A stretch of 64,000 nt of DNA, taken from assembly GCA_047601445.1 (NCBI GenBank), contig JASGJH010000001.1:2112001-2176000 (forward strand), written 5' to 3'. The number at the start of each line of letters is the position of its first letter. Within the stretch, counting starts at the first letter, position 1. Source of the DNA: Myxococcales bacterium. Its GTDB lineage: Bacteria > Myxococcota_A > Polyangia > Polyangiales > DASUME01. The notes below the pieces were generated by a model. It was not told where the DNA came from and did not search any database. It saw only the letters and a list, made by a program, of their open reading frames with translations. Made by a program: the position numbers and the translations under genes. Positions 9,517 through 19,193 of this stretch are shown here, piece by piece.

Positions 9517-11727
9517 ATGAGCCCTACCTCGTCTTCTCCGACCCCGGATCCCGGCGTTGCCGAAAGCCTCAAGTCCGCCGTGGGCGAGCTGTGGCGCTAC
9601 AAGTGGGTGATCCCCGCGGTCGTGGTCTTGGTGACCAGCGTCCTGGCCTTCGTCACGCTGCGTAAGCCGAAGGTCTACGAAGCGGCGGCCACGCTCGAAT
9701 ACGACCCCAATCCGGCGGTGCCCCTTGGCGACGCCATCGAGGGCCAGAACTCCGGTTGGTGGGACAGCCTCGAGTTCTACGAGACGCAGAACTTCGTCTT
9801 GCGCAGCCGCTCGCTCGCCGAGCGCGTCGTGCGCAAATTGGGCCTCCACCAGGATCCTGAGTACCTGGGCGTTCCCGAGGAGGAACGCGCGACCTTCAAG
9901 GCCTCTCCCGTCGAAGAAGTGGCAGCGGACCTCCAGGGCTCCCTGGATGTGGAGCTGGTGCGCGACACCCGAGTGGTGCAGCTGAGCGTGCAGGACGGCG
10001 ACCCGGACCGTGCCGCGCTACTCGCCAACACCTTCGCCGAAGCCTACATCGAGAAATCACTCGAAGATCGCCTCGGCGCGACGGCGCGGGCTCTGGAATG
10101 GCTCAGCGAGCAAACCCAGAACCTCAAGGGTGAGGTCGAGTCATCGAACCTCGCCTTGTACAAGTTCCGGGAGGAAAACCACGCGCTGTCTTCCTCGCTC
10201 GAGGAGCGCCAGAAAATCATCGCCAACCAGCTCCAGGCGTATAGCAGCACCCTCACCGAGTTGCGCTCCAAGCGCATCCAAACCGGTGCCCGCTTGAGCG
10301 TGCTCAAGGAGCTGCTGGCCGAGGCTGAAGACCCCTCCTCGTTGTTCAGCACGCCGCTGGCCACCGACCCCACGGTCAGCGCCCTGCGCGACAAGGCTCG
10401 TGATGCGGCGCTGACGCTGCAGCGGTTTTCCGTGACCTACGGTGAGGCCCACCCTCAGGTGCAGACCGCCAAGGCCGAGTTCGAGACCCTGCGCAAGCAG
10501 CTCGAGCAACAGATTGTTTCGATGAAGCGCGGCGTGGAGGCCGAGCTCAAGGAGGCCGAGCTCGCCGAGCACGGCATCCAGCAGGCACTGGACGAGGTCA
10601 ACCGCCAGGGTCTCGCCCTCAGCTTGCAAGAGATCCAGTACTCGCGCCTGGATCGCGAGCGCAGCAGCAAGGCCGAGCTCTACGAGATGGTGATGGAGCG
10701 CGCGGCGCAGACCAACCTCACGCGCGCCATGAAGGTCGCGAACGCCCGCATCGTGGACCGCGCAGTGCGGCCGGTGTCCCACGTGAGCCCGCGGGTCCGC
10801 ACCACCCTGGTGTTCGGTGGGTTGCTTGGGCTGGCGCTCGGCATCGGCTTCGCCTTCGCGCTCTCTCAGCTCGACAACAAGGTGCGCGGAGCCAGCGACC
10901 TCGAGGTTCGAGGGCTCGCTGTGCTGGGCGTGCTACCGGCGGTAGAAGGCAGCGCAACGCAGGCCCGCAGAGTTCGCCGCGGGAGCAAGCGTGGACGCGA
11001 CGAGGATTCGGGTCGCGACCTGATCGTGCACTTGCAGCCGCGCTCCACCATGGCGGAGTGCTGCCGAACCATCCGCACCAACATCACCTTCCAGTCTGCG
11101 GATGATCCGCCCAAGACGCTGGCCGTGACGAGCGCCACTCCGCGCGACGGCAAGACGACGGTCGCGATCAGCCTCGCGATCACGCTGGCCCAGAGTGGGC
11201 GCCGGGTCCTGCTCATCGACACCGACCTGCGTCGACCGCGCATCCACCGCGCATTCGACCTGCCCAGCGGGGCCGGCGTCACGTCTGTGCTCGCGGGCGA
11301 GCTGCCCCTGGACGAGGCCGTGCAGGCCTCCCAGGTGCCCGACCTGTCACTCCTGCAATGCGGCCCGCTGCCTCCGAATCCCGCGGAGCTGCTGCACACT
11401 CGCCGCTTTGCCGAGCTGCTCGCCGAAGCGCGCGCAAAGTTCGATACCGTGGTGCTCGATACGCCGCCCATCGGCGTCGTGACCGACCCGGCCATCATCG
11501 CGACGCAAGTGGACGGTACCGTGCTGGTGGTTCGCGCGCGCACCACCTCGCGCGCTGGCTTGGAGGGCGCCCTGCGCCGCCTGCGTGGCATCTCTGCACG
11601 CGTCCTCGGTGGCATCGTCAATGACGTCCGCCAGAACGACGGCGAGACCTACTATGCCCACTACCGTACTTACTACGGCGAAGAGCAATCGCCGCCCCCC
11701 GCGGACGCTGCCCAGTCGAGAGCCTGA
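9517..11727 (+). CDS. wzc: Wzc polysaccharide co-polymerase / tyrosine autokinase
   Basis: Two TM segments around a coiled-coil region, Walker A SATPRDGKTT, A' LLIDTDLRRP, Walker B VVLDTPP, C-terminal Tyr cluster TYYAHYRTYYG. Confidence 0.93.
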   Translation: MSPTSSSPTPDPGVAESLKSAVGELWRYKWVIPAVVVLVTSVLAFVTLRKPKVYEAAATLEYDPNPAVPLGDAIEGQNSGWWDSLEFYETQNFVLRSRSLAERVVRKLGLHQDPEYLGVPEEERATFKASPVEEVAADLQGSLDVELVRDTRVVQLSVQDGDPDRAALLANTFAEAYIEKSLEDRLGATARALEWLSEQTQNLKGEVESSNLALYKFREENHALSSSLEERQKIIANQLQAYSSTLTELRSKRIQTGARLSVLKELLAEAEDPSSLFSTPLATDPTVSALRDKARDAALTLQRFSVTYGEAHPQVQTAKAEFETLRKQLEQQIVSMKRGVEAELKEAELAEHGIQQALDEVNRQGLALSLQEIQYSRLDRERSSKAELYEMVMERAAQTNLTRAMKVANARIVDRAVRPVSHVSPRVRTTLVFGGLLGLALGIGFAFALSQLDNKVRGASDLEVRGLAVLGVLPAVEGSATQARRVRRGSKRGRDEDSGRDLIVHLQPRSTMAECCRTIRTNITFQSADDPPKTLAVTSATPRDGKTTVAISLAITLAQSGRRVLLIDTDLRRPRIHRAFDLPSGAGVTSVLAGELPLDEAVQASQVPDLSLLQCGPLPPNPAELLHTRRFAELLAEARAKFDTVVLDTPPIGVVTDPAIIATQVDGTVLVVRARTTSRAGLEGALRRLRGISARVLGGIVNDVRQNDGETYYAHYRTYYGEEQSPPPADAAQSRA

Positions 11728-11754
11728 TCGGCCGAGCCCCAGTTCGAGATCCCG

Positions 11755-13059
11755 ATGTCTTTTAGTTCCGACCGCCCACTGAAGATCCTGGTGCTGAGCC
11801 AGCACTACTGGCCCGAAATCGCCGCGACTGCCCAGCTACTCTCGGACCTCTGCGCCGACCTCGTTCGTGCCGGCCACCAGGTCACGGTGGTATGTGGCAA
11901 GCCGTCCTATCGGACGACACCAGGCGGAGCGGCGCTGCGGGAGAACCATGACGGGGTCGAGATTCAGCGCGTTTGGACCTATGCCCCCCAGAAACGCAGC
12001 ATCCCGCGGCGACTCGTCCACTACGGTTCCTACTTCGGCGGCTCCCTGCTCGAGGCCATGCGCGGCGAACGTCCGGACGTCTGCCTGGTCCTTTCCACCC
12101 CTCCTTTGCTGTTGGGGGTGTCGGGCGTGCTGCTGGACGCCCTGCGCGGCGTGCCTTTCGTCTACTCGGTGCAAGACCTTTATCCCGACATCGCGATCCA
12201 TCTGGGCGTGATCAAAGAGGGCAGCCTGGCAACCCATGCAGTGGAGCGGGTGGCGAGCGCTTGCTATCGCGCTGCGAGTGAGCTCATCACGCTCTCCTCA
12301 GGCATGGAAGAGCGGCTCGCACAGAAGGGTCTGCCGCGCAGCAAGCTGCACGTGATCCCCAACTGGGCCGATACATCGGCAATCACCGAGAGCCCGCGCG
12401 ACAACGCCTTCGCGCGAGAGCACGGCCTCGTCGGGAACTTCGTGGTTCAGTACTCCGGAAACCTGGGCCTGAGCCAGGGCCTGGAGTCGGTCGTCGATGC
12501 CGCTCAGCTGCTGGCGGGACACCCCGTCCGCTTCGTGTTCATCGGCGACGGCAACGCGCGCGAAGGTCTGCAGGCCCAGGTACGAGAGCGAAAGCTGGAG
12601 AACGTCGTCTTCATGCCCCCGCAGCCGCGCGAGCGTCTGTCGGAGAGCTTGGCTGCCTGCGACATCGGACTCGTGCCCATGAAGCGCGGCGTCGGAGGCG
12701 ATTCGGTGCCCTCGAAGCTCTACGGCATCATGGCGGCCGGCCGACCCGTGCTGGCGTCCGCCGAACCGACCTCGGAGGTGGCTCGCGTCTTGCGCGCACA
12801 CGGTTGCGGTTGGCTGGTGGCGCCGGAATCCGGTGAGGCTTTGGCCGAGGGCATCGTGCGTGCACTGGGGACAAGCCCGAAGGAACGCACGCGACTGGGC
12901 GAGGCCGGACGCACCGCCTGCAAGGTCCACTATTCACGGACAGCCATGACGGCACGCTACGCCGAGGTGCTCCAGCGAGCCGCACGCCGCGCCGGAGCCG
13001 AGCAGACCGAGACCTTGCCCGCGTCGCGACCGCACTTGGCTACGAGCAGGGTGTCCTGA
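11755..13059 (+). CDS. Glycosyltransferase family 4 (WcaI/WbuB-like)
   Basis: LSQHYWPE, VQDLYPD, IPNWAD, YSGNLGLSQG, VPSKLYGIMAAGRPV. Confidence 0.9.
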   Translation: MSFSSDRPLKILVLSQHYWPEIAATAQLLSDLCADLVRAGHQVTVVCGKPSYRTTPGGAALRENHDGVEIQRVWTYAPQKRSIPRRLVHYGSYFGGSLLEAMRGERPDVCLVLSTPPLLLGVSGVLLDALRGVPFVYSVQDLYPDIAIHLGVIKEGSLATHAVERVASACYRAASELITLSSGMEERLAQKGLPRSKLHVIPNWADTSAITESPRDNAFAREHGLVGNFVVQYSGNLGLSQGLESVVDAAQLLAGHPVRFVFIGDGNAREGLQAQVRERKLENVVFMPPQPRERLSESLAACDIGLVPMKRGVGGDSVPSKLYGIMAAGRPVLASAEPTSEVARVLRAHGCGWLVAPESGEALAEGIVRALGTSPKERTRLGEAGRTACKVHYSRTAMTARYAEVLQRAARRAGAEQTETLPASRPHLATSRVS

Positions 13060-13958
13060 TGAAAGACTTTGCGTTGATTGGCGCGGCCGGCTTCGTCGCG
13101 TCCCGTCACCTGCAAGCGATCTCCGAGACGGGTAACCGCTTGGTTGCAGCCTGTGACCCCAACGAAAGCGTGGGAATCCTCGATCGGTACTTCCCAGACG
13201 CGGCGTTCTTCCGTGAGTTCGAGCGCTTCGATCTTCACCTGGAGCGCTTGCGTCGGCGCGGCTCAGCGGTGGACTACGTCGGCATCTGCTCGCCCAACTA
13301 CTTGCACGCTGCCCACATGCACTGCGCCTTGCGGCACGGCGCGCACGCCATCTGCGAAAAGCCGCTGGTGCTCGACTCTTCGGACTTGGACCTCCTGGGC
13401 GATCTGGAGCGCGAGCACGGTCGCCGCGTTTACACGATCCTCCAGCTGCGTTTGCACCCAGCCGTGCAGGCCCTGCGTAACAAGGTGCTGGAGCGCCTCG
13501 CGCGGGAGCCATCCTTCCGCCCTCAGGTAGCGCTCACCTACATCACGAGCCGCGGTAGCTGGTATCACGCCTCGTGGAAGGCCGATGCAGCCAAATCCGG
13601 GGGCGTGACGAGCAACATCGGAATCCACTTCTTCGACATGCTGCTCTGGATCTTTGGCTCGGTGCAGGAGAGCCGACTCGAGCGCGCCACGCCCAGCAGC
13701 GCGGCCGGCCAGCTGACGCTCGCACACGCCGACGTGACATGGCAGCTGTCCATCGACGCCGCCGACCTCCCGCCAGCTGCCCTGGCGCGTGGCCAACGGA
13801 CCCACCGCTCGCTTCAGATGGAAGGCGAAGAGGTCGAGTTCAGCGAGGGGTTCACCGACCTGCACACCGCGAGCTACCGGCACATCCTGGGTGGTGGCGG
13901 CTTCGGCATCGCCGACGCACGCGCAGCGGTCGAGCTAGTTGCGGGTTTTCGCAGATGA
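13059..13958 (+). CDS. wbpB: Gfo/Idh/MocA oxidoreductase, WbpB/WlbA-like UDP-GlcNAcA 3-dehydrogenase
   Basis: MKDFALIGAAGFVASRH, ICSPNYLH, ICEKPLV, LTYITSRGSWY, NIGIHFFD, EFSEGFTDLHT closely follow the WbpB signature. Confidence 0.88.
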   Translation: MKDFALIGAAGFVASRHLQAISETGNRLVAACDPNESVGILDRYFPDAAFFREFERFDLHLERLRRRGSAVDYVGICSPNYLHAAHMHCALRHGAHAICEKPLVLDSSDLDLLGDLEREHGRRVYTILQLRLHPAVQALRNKVLERLAREPSFRPQVALTYITSRGSWYHASWKADAAKSGGVTSNIGIHFFDMLLWIFGSVQESRLERATPSSAAGQLTLAHADVTWQLSIDAADLPPAALARGQRTHRSLQMEGEEVEFSEGFTDLHTASYRHILGGGGFGIADARAAVELVAGFRR

Positions 13959-14094
13959 GTATCCTTGCTGCCTAGCGGGCGCCCGCGACGACTACGCCGT
14001 ACCGGTGAGCATGAGCCGCTACTGCAATGAGCAGCATGGGTCGGCGCAACCCGCCGCACCGCGGCCGGGCTCCTGAACGAGACGAGGAGGATTT

Positions 14095-14859
14095 GTGGCA
14101 ACTGAAACAGGCGGAAAATCCACTCGCGCTCACGACCGTGTGATCGAGAACTACTTCGAGACCACGTCGGGGGCCCTTCGCTCCGAACCTTTGGACTACG
14201 CAAGGGCCACAGCAGGGCTGCGGCGGGGCTTGGGTGACTGGCTCGACGTCGCCGGGAGGTCGGTCCTCGATTTGGGCTGCGGAACTGGCGAGATGTGCTG
14301 GCTGGCACAGGACCTCGGCGCCGCGCGCGTGGTTGGCGTCAATCTTAGCCAAGGGGAAATCGACTACGCGAAGCGAGGCGTCGACGCAGAGTTCGTTCAC
14401 GCCGATGCGCTCGCATTTCTGCGCGACTCTCCCACGGGCGGCTTCGATCGTATTTTCGCTCTGAACATCTTGGAGCACCTCCCCCACGACACCTTGTTGG
14501 CCGTGCTGGAAGAATGTCAGCGCACCCTCGCACCGGGCGGCACGCTAGTGGCGATGGTCCCCAACGCGACGTCGTCCCACGGCTCCATGACGCGCTACTG
14601 GGACGTCACGCATGTATCCGCGTTCACTCCGAGTAGCGTGCAGCAACTCGCTCGGCTTTCCGGCTTCGGCGAGCCGACGTTTCGAGAGTGGGGGCCAGTC
14701 CCCTACGGTGCCGTGAGCACGCTTCGATATCTGTTGTGGCAGGGCTTTCGCGGCATTACCTGGCTTCGCCTGATGGCCGAGACCGCGTCGGGCAAAGGAG
14801 GCATCTACACCTCCGACATGATCTTTCGTCTCCACAAGCGAAACGTCTCCGGAGCCTGA
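14095..14859 (+). CDS. Class I SAM-dependent methyltransferase
   Basis: VLDLGCGTG, NILEHL, LAPGGTLVAMVPN, YWDVTH. Confidence 0.88.
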   Translation: MATETGGKSTRAHDRVIENYFETTSGALRSEPLDYARATAGLRRGLGDWLDVAGRSVLDLGCGTGEMCWLAQDLGAARVVGVNLSQGEIDYAKRGVDAEFVHADALAFLRDSPTGGFDRIFALNILEHLPHDTLLAVLEECQRTLAPGGTLVAMVPNATSSHGSMTRYWDVTHVSAFTPSSVQQLARLSGFGEPTFREWGPVPYGAVSTLRYLLWQGFRGITWLRLMAETASGKGGIYTSDMIFRLHKRNVSGA

Positions 14860-14862
14860 AAC

Positions 14863-15951
14863 GTGCATTTAGCGGGTCTACGCGTGCTGGCTTTGACACC
14901 CGCCAGCAGCTTTGGTGGCGTCAATACCAGCGTGGATCGCGTTCGCGCGCTCGAGGCGCTTGGCTGCCGCGTGCGTGTGGTGGATAGCGAAGGCGCACGA
15001 GGACCCGAGGGCTTGAAGCGCCTATTCCTGCGCGCCCGCAGCAAGGCCTTCCGAGCCGGGCTTCCGGTCACCCTCCCCGACCTATGGTCCAACGCATCGC
15101 GCCTGCTCGCGGCCGGTGCAGAGGGTCCCTGGGACATCGTGTGGCTGGAAAAGGCGCTCACCATCGGCGCGACGACCCTGCAGCGTTTGCGGCGTGTGTG
15201 CCCCGATGCTCTCTTCGTCGGGTTCTCTCCAGACGACATGAATGCGCGTCACAACCAGTCCCAGCAGTTCCTGGGCGCGCTCCCCCATTACGACTGGTTC
15301 CTCACCACCAAGACCTACAACGTCGACGAGCTGCGTGCGCGCGGTTGCCCCCAGACCCTCTACGTGGGGAACGGCTACGACCCGGGCATCTTCCGGCCCC
15401 TCCGCCCCACGCCAGAGGACCTCGCGCGGTTTGGGGGCGACGTGGGTTTCATCGGAACCTATGAGCGTGAACGCGCCGAGAGCATGCTCTTCCTGGCAGA
15501 ACAAGGCGTCAAAGTTCGAGTCTGGGGAGGAAGCTGGAGGGAGATTCCACGACAGCACCCCAACTTGCGCCTCGAACACGTTCCCTTGCGCGGCGACGAT
15601 TTCGCCCTGGCCTGCCAGGCGTTCAAGATCAACCTGGGTTTCCTGCGCAAGATCAACCGCGACCAGCAGACCACGCGAAGCGTGGAGATCCCTGCGTGCG
15701 GCGGCTTCATGCTGGCCGAACGGACCGACGAACATCTCGCCATGTTCGAAGAGGGGAAAGAGGCCGAGTTCTTCGGCTCGAACCGTGAGCTACTCGAAAA
15801 GTGCCAGCGCTTCTTGCGGGACGATCAAGCCCGCCTCGCGATCGCCTGTGCTGGACACGAGCGCTGCGTCCGCTCCGGCTACACCAACGTGGAGCGACTT
15901 CGGGTCGCGCTCGAGCACGTCCTCGCCGCGTCACGCAATCGCGCTGCGTAG
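14863..15951 (+). CDS. Glycosyltransferase (GT-B fold, CgeB/Glyco_trans_1_2-like)
   Basis: DVGFIGTYE, KINLGFLRKINRDQQTTRSVEIPACGGFMLAERT. Confidence 0.85.
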   Translation: MHLAGLRVLALTPASSFGGVNTSVDRVRALEALGCRVRVVDSEGARGPEGLKRLFLRARSKAFRAGLPVTLPDLWSNASRLLAAGAEGPWDIVWLEKALTIGATTLQRLRRVCPDALFVGFSPDDMNARHNQSQQFLGALPHYDWFLTTKTYNVDELRARGCPQTLYVGNGYDPGIFRPLRPTPEDLARFGGDVGFIGTYERERAESMLFLAEQGVKVRVWGGSWREIPRQHPNLRLEHVPLRGDDFALACQAFKINLGFLRKINRDQQTTRSVEIPACGGFMLAERTDEHLAMFEEGKEAEFFGSNRELLEKCQRFLRDDQARLAIACAGHERCVRSGYTNVERLRVALEHVLAASRNRAA

Positions 15952-15997
15952 CAGCACCATCGCATCGGATGCTGGGGAGTGAACCTCGCTGCGAGGT

Positions 15998-16648
15998 CTA
16001 GGGCCTCGTAGCCTCTACGTAGACACTCTCGTCGGAGCGCTCCAACAGGTTCAGGCCACCCGGCTCGGGCATGCGCGTCTCCCCTGGCGCCAGGGTTCTC
16101 ACGTCGACGAAACCGCTATCCGCAACCAGAGCCGCAAGGGATTGACCGTCGTACATCCAGTGGTGTCCTCGGTGTCCGAGCAAGGCCAACTTCAACCTCG
16201 AACGAAGGCCGCCATCGGCCTCAACGCTCATCAAGGTCGACGTCATGAACTTATCCGCGTCCCGGTCCTCCAGATAGCTGCGCACCAGCATGCTGAGGTC
16301 CGGCACGACGAGCCGGAGAACGCCGCCTGGCGCCAGCACACGAAACGCCTCGCGCAGAAACGCCCGGACAGCTCGTCTGTCTAGGTGTTCCAGCATGTGC
16401 GAGCTGTAGAGGACCTCTAGCGCGCCGTCCTCGACCGGAAGCTTGTCTGCCGGGGCCCAAATGATCTGCCCGCGCCGAATGGATTCCACGAATGACGCTC
16501 GACCCAACAAGCGCGTGGCGAGCGAGAGCACTGGGTGACGGGCAATCCAGACTGTCGCTGAGTTGTCGAAATTCAGCCAACCGGCCGTGGGAGTGGCACC
16601 GCAACCAACATTTGCCCGAGCTAGCGCGGAGCTATGGAGTCTCGACAT
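15998..16648 (-). CDS. Methyltransferase domain protein (Methyltransf_11-like)
   Basis: NVGCG, GWLNFD, YSSHMLEHL, LAPGGVLRLVVPD, HHWMYD; start moved to ATG 16648. Confidence 0.85.
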   Translation of the reverse strand: MSRLHSSALARANVGCGATPTAGWLNFDNSATVWIARHPVLSLATRLLGRASFVESIRRGQIIWAPADKLPVEDGALEVLYSSHMLEHLDRRAVRAFLREAFRVLAPGGVLRLVVPDLSMLVRSYLEDRDADKFMTSTLMSVEADGGLRSRLKLALLGHRGHHWMYDGQSLAALVADSGFVDVRTLAPGETRMPEPGGLNLLERSDESVYVEATRP

Positions 16649-16849
16649 GGGTACCGATGCTAGCAGCTCCCCCAACTCGTGTCCGCCGACGTTTGCCAGC
16701 CCACCGCGCAGGTGAAATCGCGACTCGAAACGCCTTCTGTCCACCAGCATCGGCAGTCGCGGGCTCGCAGCTCGAACGCCGAATCAACGACCCGACCCGA
16801 TGGCACGCACCCGCACGACCACCGAAGACGCAAGGGATTTCGGCTCCCG

Positions 16850-16877
16850 AATCGACAATCGGCAATCTGCAGACTGC
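16850..16877. repeat. Four imperfect tandem heptamers (AATCGAC AATCGGC AATCTGC AGACTGC)
   Basis: Read directly in the intergenic region between divergent methyltransferase genes. Confidence 0.5.
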
Positions 16878-16921
16878 GCAGGAATTGACACCTCCCCCGG
16901 GCTGAAGCGATAAGGAAGATC

Positions 16922-17641
16922 ATGGATCTCGAACGCGCACGCGAGGTCGGCTACGCAGGCTACGCGGAATGGAAAGGCTGGCTGAAAGGCGAGCACTCGC
17001 ACCTCTCCGACGCGCACGATAGCTTCCGCCGTGAACTCCTTGGGATCGAAGTGTCCGGCAGGCGAGTGCACGAGCTAGGGTTCGGCGACGGGCACTTCCT
17101 CGATTGGGCGAAGTCTCAGAGGGCCGAAACTTCAGGTGTGGAACTCGATGCGGCTCTGGTGGCGGCTGCGCGTGAGCGCGGTCACGACGCCGCCATCGTC
17201 GCGCCGGGAGGCAGCATCGGCCCCCTCTCACCGGGCTCCATCGACGTCATCGTCGCGCTAGACGTACTCGAACACCTTGCCAAGCACGAAATCGCCACGG
17301 TACTCGCGGAGGCGAGCAGGGCGCTGCGTGTTGGTGGTCATATCGTCGCCCGCTTTCCAAACGGCGCCTCGCCCTTCTCGGGGCTCTACCAACATGGTGA
17401 CGCAACGCACGCGACCCAGCTCACCGCAGATGCCCTGGGGCAGCTCTCCCGCGCCCACTCGTTCAACGTGATGAGCGTCCGCAATGCGGCGCGGCCGTTG
17501 AGTGGTCGATTGAGGAAGCGGCTGCTGCGCACGGTACGCTACGGGGTGCAGTCCAGCATCGGTGCGGCGCTCTCGGTGGTGTACTTCGGCCGGCTCGTCC
17601 CGCTCGACCCCAATGTGACCGTGGTGCTTACCCGGGCGTGA
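16922..17641 (+). CDS. Class I SAM-dependent methyltransferase
   Basis: VHELGFGDG, ALDVLEHL, GGHIVARFPNGASPF, HGDATH. Confidence 0.85.
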   Translation: MDLERAREVGYAGYAEWKGWLKGEHSHLSDAHDSFRRELLGIEVSGRRVHELGFGDGHFLDWAKSQRAETSGVELDAALVAAARERGHDAAIVAPGGSIGPLSPGSIDVIVALDVLEHLAKHEIATVLAEASRALRVGGHIVARFPNGASPFSGLYQHGDATHATQLTADALGQLSRAHSFNVMSVRNAARPLSGRLRKRLLRTVRYGVQSSIGAALSVVYFGRLVPLDPNVTVVLTRA

Positions 17642-17724
17642 CGCGTTCCGTGCGCCACACGCCGGCACTCCAGCCTCGGGAACAGCTCATTGCAATTCCG
17701 AAGTGTCCATGGCTAGCATAGGCC

Positions 17725-18450
17725 ATGGTCACACTACGCGAGATTGCACGACAACTTCCGCTGGCCCCTCAGCTCTACAACCAGTTTCGGAGCACGTTGC
17801 TCGCAGTGCGCCCCAAGGGACGCGTCACGGCGCACGGTCCCGCGGGGATTGCGTCCGCAGGACACCGCGAATACGTGGGTGGCATGTGGCACGAGATTGG
17901 TCGCCTCCAGTTCAACTTTCTCGTGAACCAGGGCTTACGACCGAACCACTACCTGCTCGACATTGCGTGCGGCAGCTTGCGCGCGGGGGTCCATTTCATC
18001 CCGTACCTGGACGCCGGCCATTACCTGGGCGTGGAGAAGGAACCCGAGCTCGTCGAGCTAGGACTGCGAGAAGAACTCGGCATGGTCCTCGAGAACCTCA
18101 AGCGGCCCGAATTGCTCGTCAACGGTGCCTTTGAGTTCGAGCGGCTCTCGAACGCCCCTGATTTCGCCATTGCCCAGTCGTTGTTCACGCACACGCCTGG
18201 CGAGGTGGTCGTCCAGTGCTTGCGCAAGCTTCGCCCATGCATGGCGAAGGACGGCGTCTTCTACAGCACGTTCTTCGTCGGACGGGAGAAGACCAAGAAT
18301 GCAAGCCAGGCCCATGACCACAGGAGCTGGTTCTACACGCGCGACGAGCTCGCAGGCTTCGCACGTTCGGCCGGCTGGAGCATGGAATATATCGGCGACT
18401 GGAACCATCCGCGCAATCAGCAGATGGTCGCCTTCCGCGTCGCGGCCTGA
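17725..18450 (+). CDS. Class I SAM-dependent methyltransferase
   Basis: LLDIACGSLRAG, YLGVE, AIAQSLFTH. Confidence 0.85.
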   Translation: MVTLREIARQLPLAPQLYNQFRSTLLAVRPKGRVTAHGPAGIASAGHREYVGGMWHEIGRLQFNFLVNQGLRPNHYLLDIACGSLRAGVHFIPYLDAGHYLGVEKEPELVELGLREELGMVLENLKRPELLVNGAFEFERLSNAPDFAIAQSLFTHTPGEVVVQCLRKLRPCMAKDGVFYSTFFVGREKTKNASQAHDHRSWFYTRDELAGFARSAGWSMEYIGDWNHPRNQQMVAFRVAA

Positions 18451-18456
18451 TCGCTC

Positions 18457-19134
18457 TTAGCCCGGCTTGCGGGCTTCGAGGATCAGCGTGTGCGGTGCCT
18501 CGGGCGTAGATTCGCTCTCCAGCTTCAGCACGGCGCTGTCGACCAAATCGGAGCGGGTTGTTTCCCACGTCGGTTGGCACGGTCGAATATCGACGTAGCC
18601 CGCGTTGCTCAGGAGCTCTTCGAGGTACGAGCGCGACAAGATCGTCAGGTGCTCTCCTCGACACAGGATGAAGTTCGCAAAGCGGCCCCCGACACTGGTG
18701 CGTCGGTCGGGAAAGTCGCTGAACCATTCTGCGTTGCCATTCAAGAACTGACGAGCGGCCTCGTCGCCATTGGGACCGCCGATTCGAATCATCCCACCGG
18801 GCTTCAGGCAGCGGAACATGTCGGCGAGATGGCGCGGCAGATCACTGTCGGGCAGATGCTCGATCACGTGGTGAGAGTAGAAAATGTCGACCGTCCCGTC
18901 GTGGAACGGCAGCGTGTGACGAAGGTTCGCCCAGACCTCGGGCCGGCTCTTTCCGGAGAAGGCGTTGGCGTCGACGTTGATCCAGCCAGCGAGATGATTC
19001 GACTGGCCGGGCCCCAGATGCACCTTCACGAGTCCGTCGCGAGGCGCCGCAAACGCACGATACGCGCGCCCGCTGAGAGCCATAGGGATATCTGCTAGCA
19101 GATAGTAGGCAGCTTTGAATTCTCTAGAAAGCAC
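18457..19134 (-). CDS. Methyltransferase domain protein (Methyltransf_11-like)
   Basis: VHLGPG, GWINVD, YSHHVIEHL, LKPGGMIRIGGPN; SD GAGGGGA before GTG. Confidence 0.85.
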   Translation of the reverse strand: MLSREFKAAYYLLADIPMALSGRAYRAFAAPRDGLVKVHLGPGQSNHLAGWINVDANAFSGKSRPEVWANLRHTLPFHDGTVDIFYSHHVIEHLPDSDLPRHLADMFRCLKPGGMIRIGGPNGDEAARQFLNGNAEWFSDFPDRRTSVGGRFANFILCRGEHLTILSRSYLEELLSNAGYVDIRPCQPTWETTRSDLVDSAVLKLESESTPEAPHTLILEARKPG

Positions 19135-19193
19135 GGTGCCTCGATTCCCCTCGGGTGGATTCTATAAAATATGAGGGCGGTAGCTGCAAAGCC

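Noticed and set aside
16801..16816. TGGCACGCACCCGCA as a sigma-54 promoter
   Set aside because: GC is one base too close (N9); sigma-54 spacing is strict
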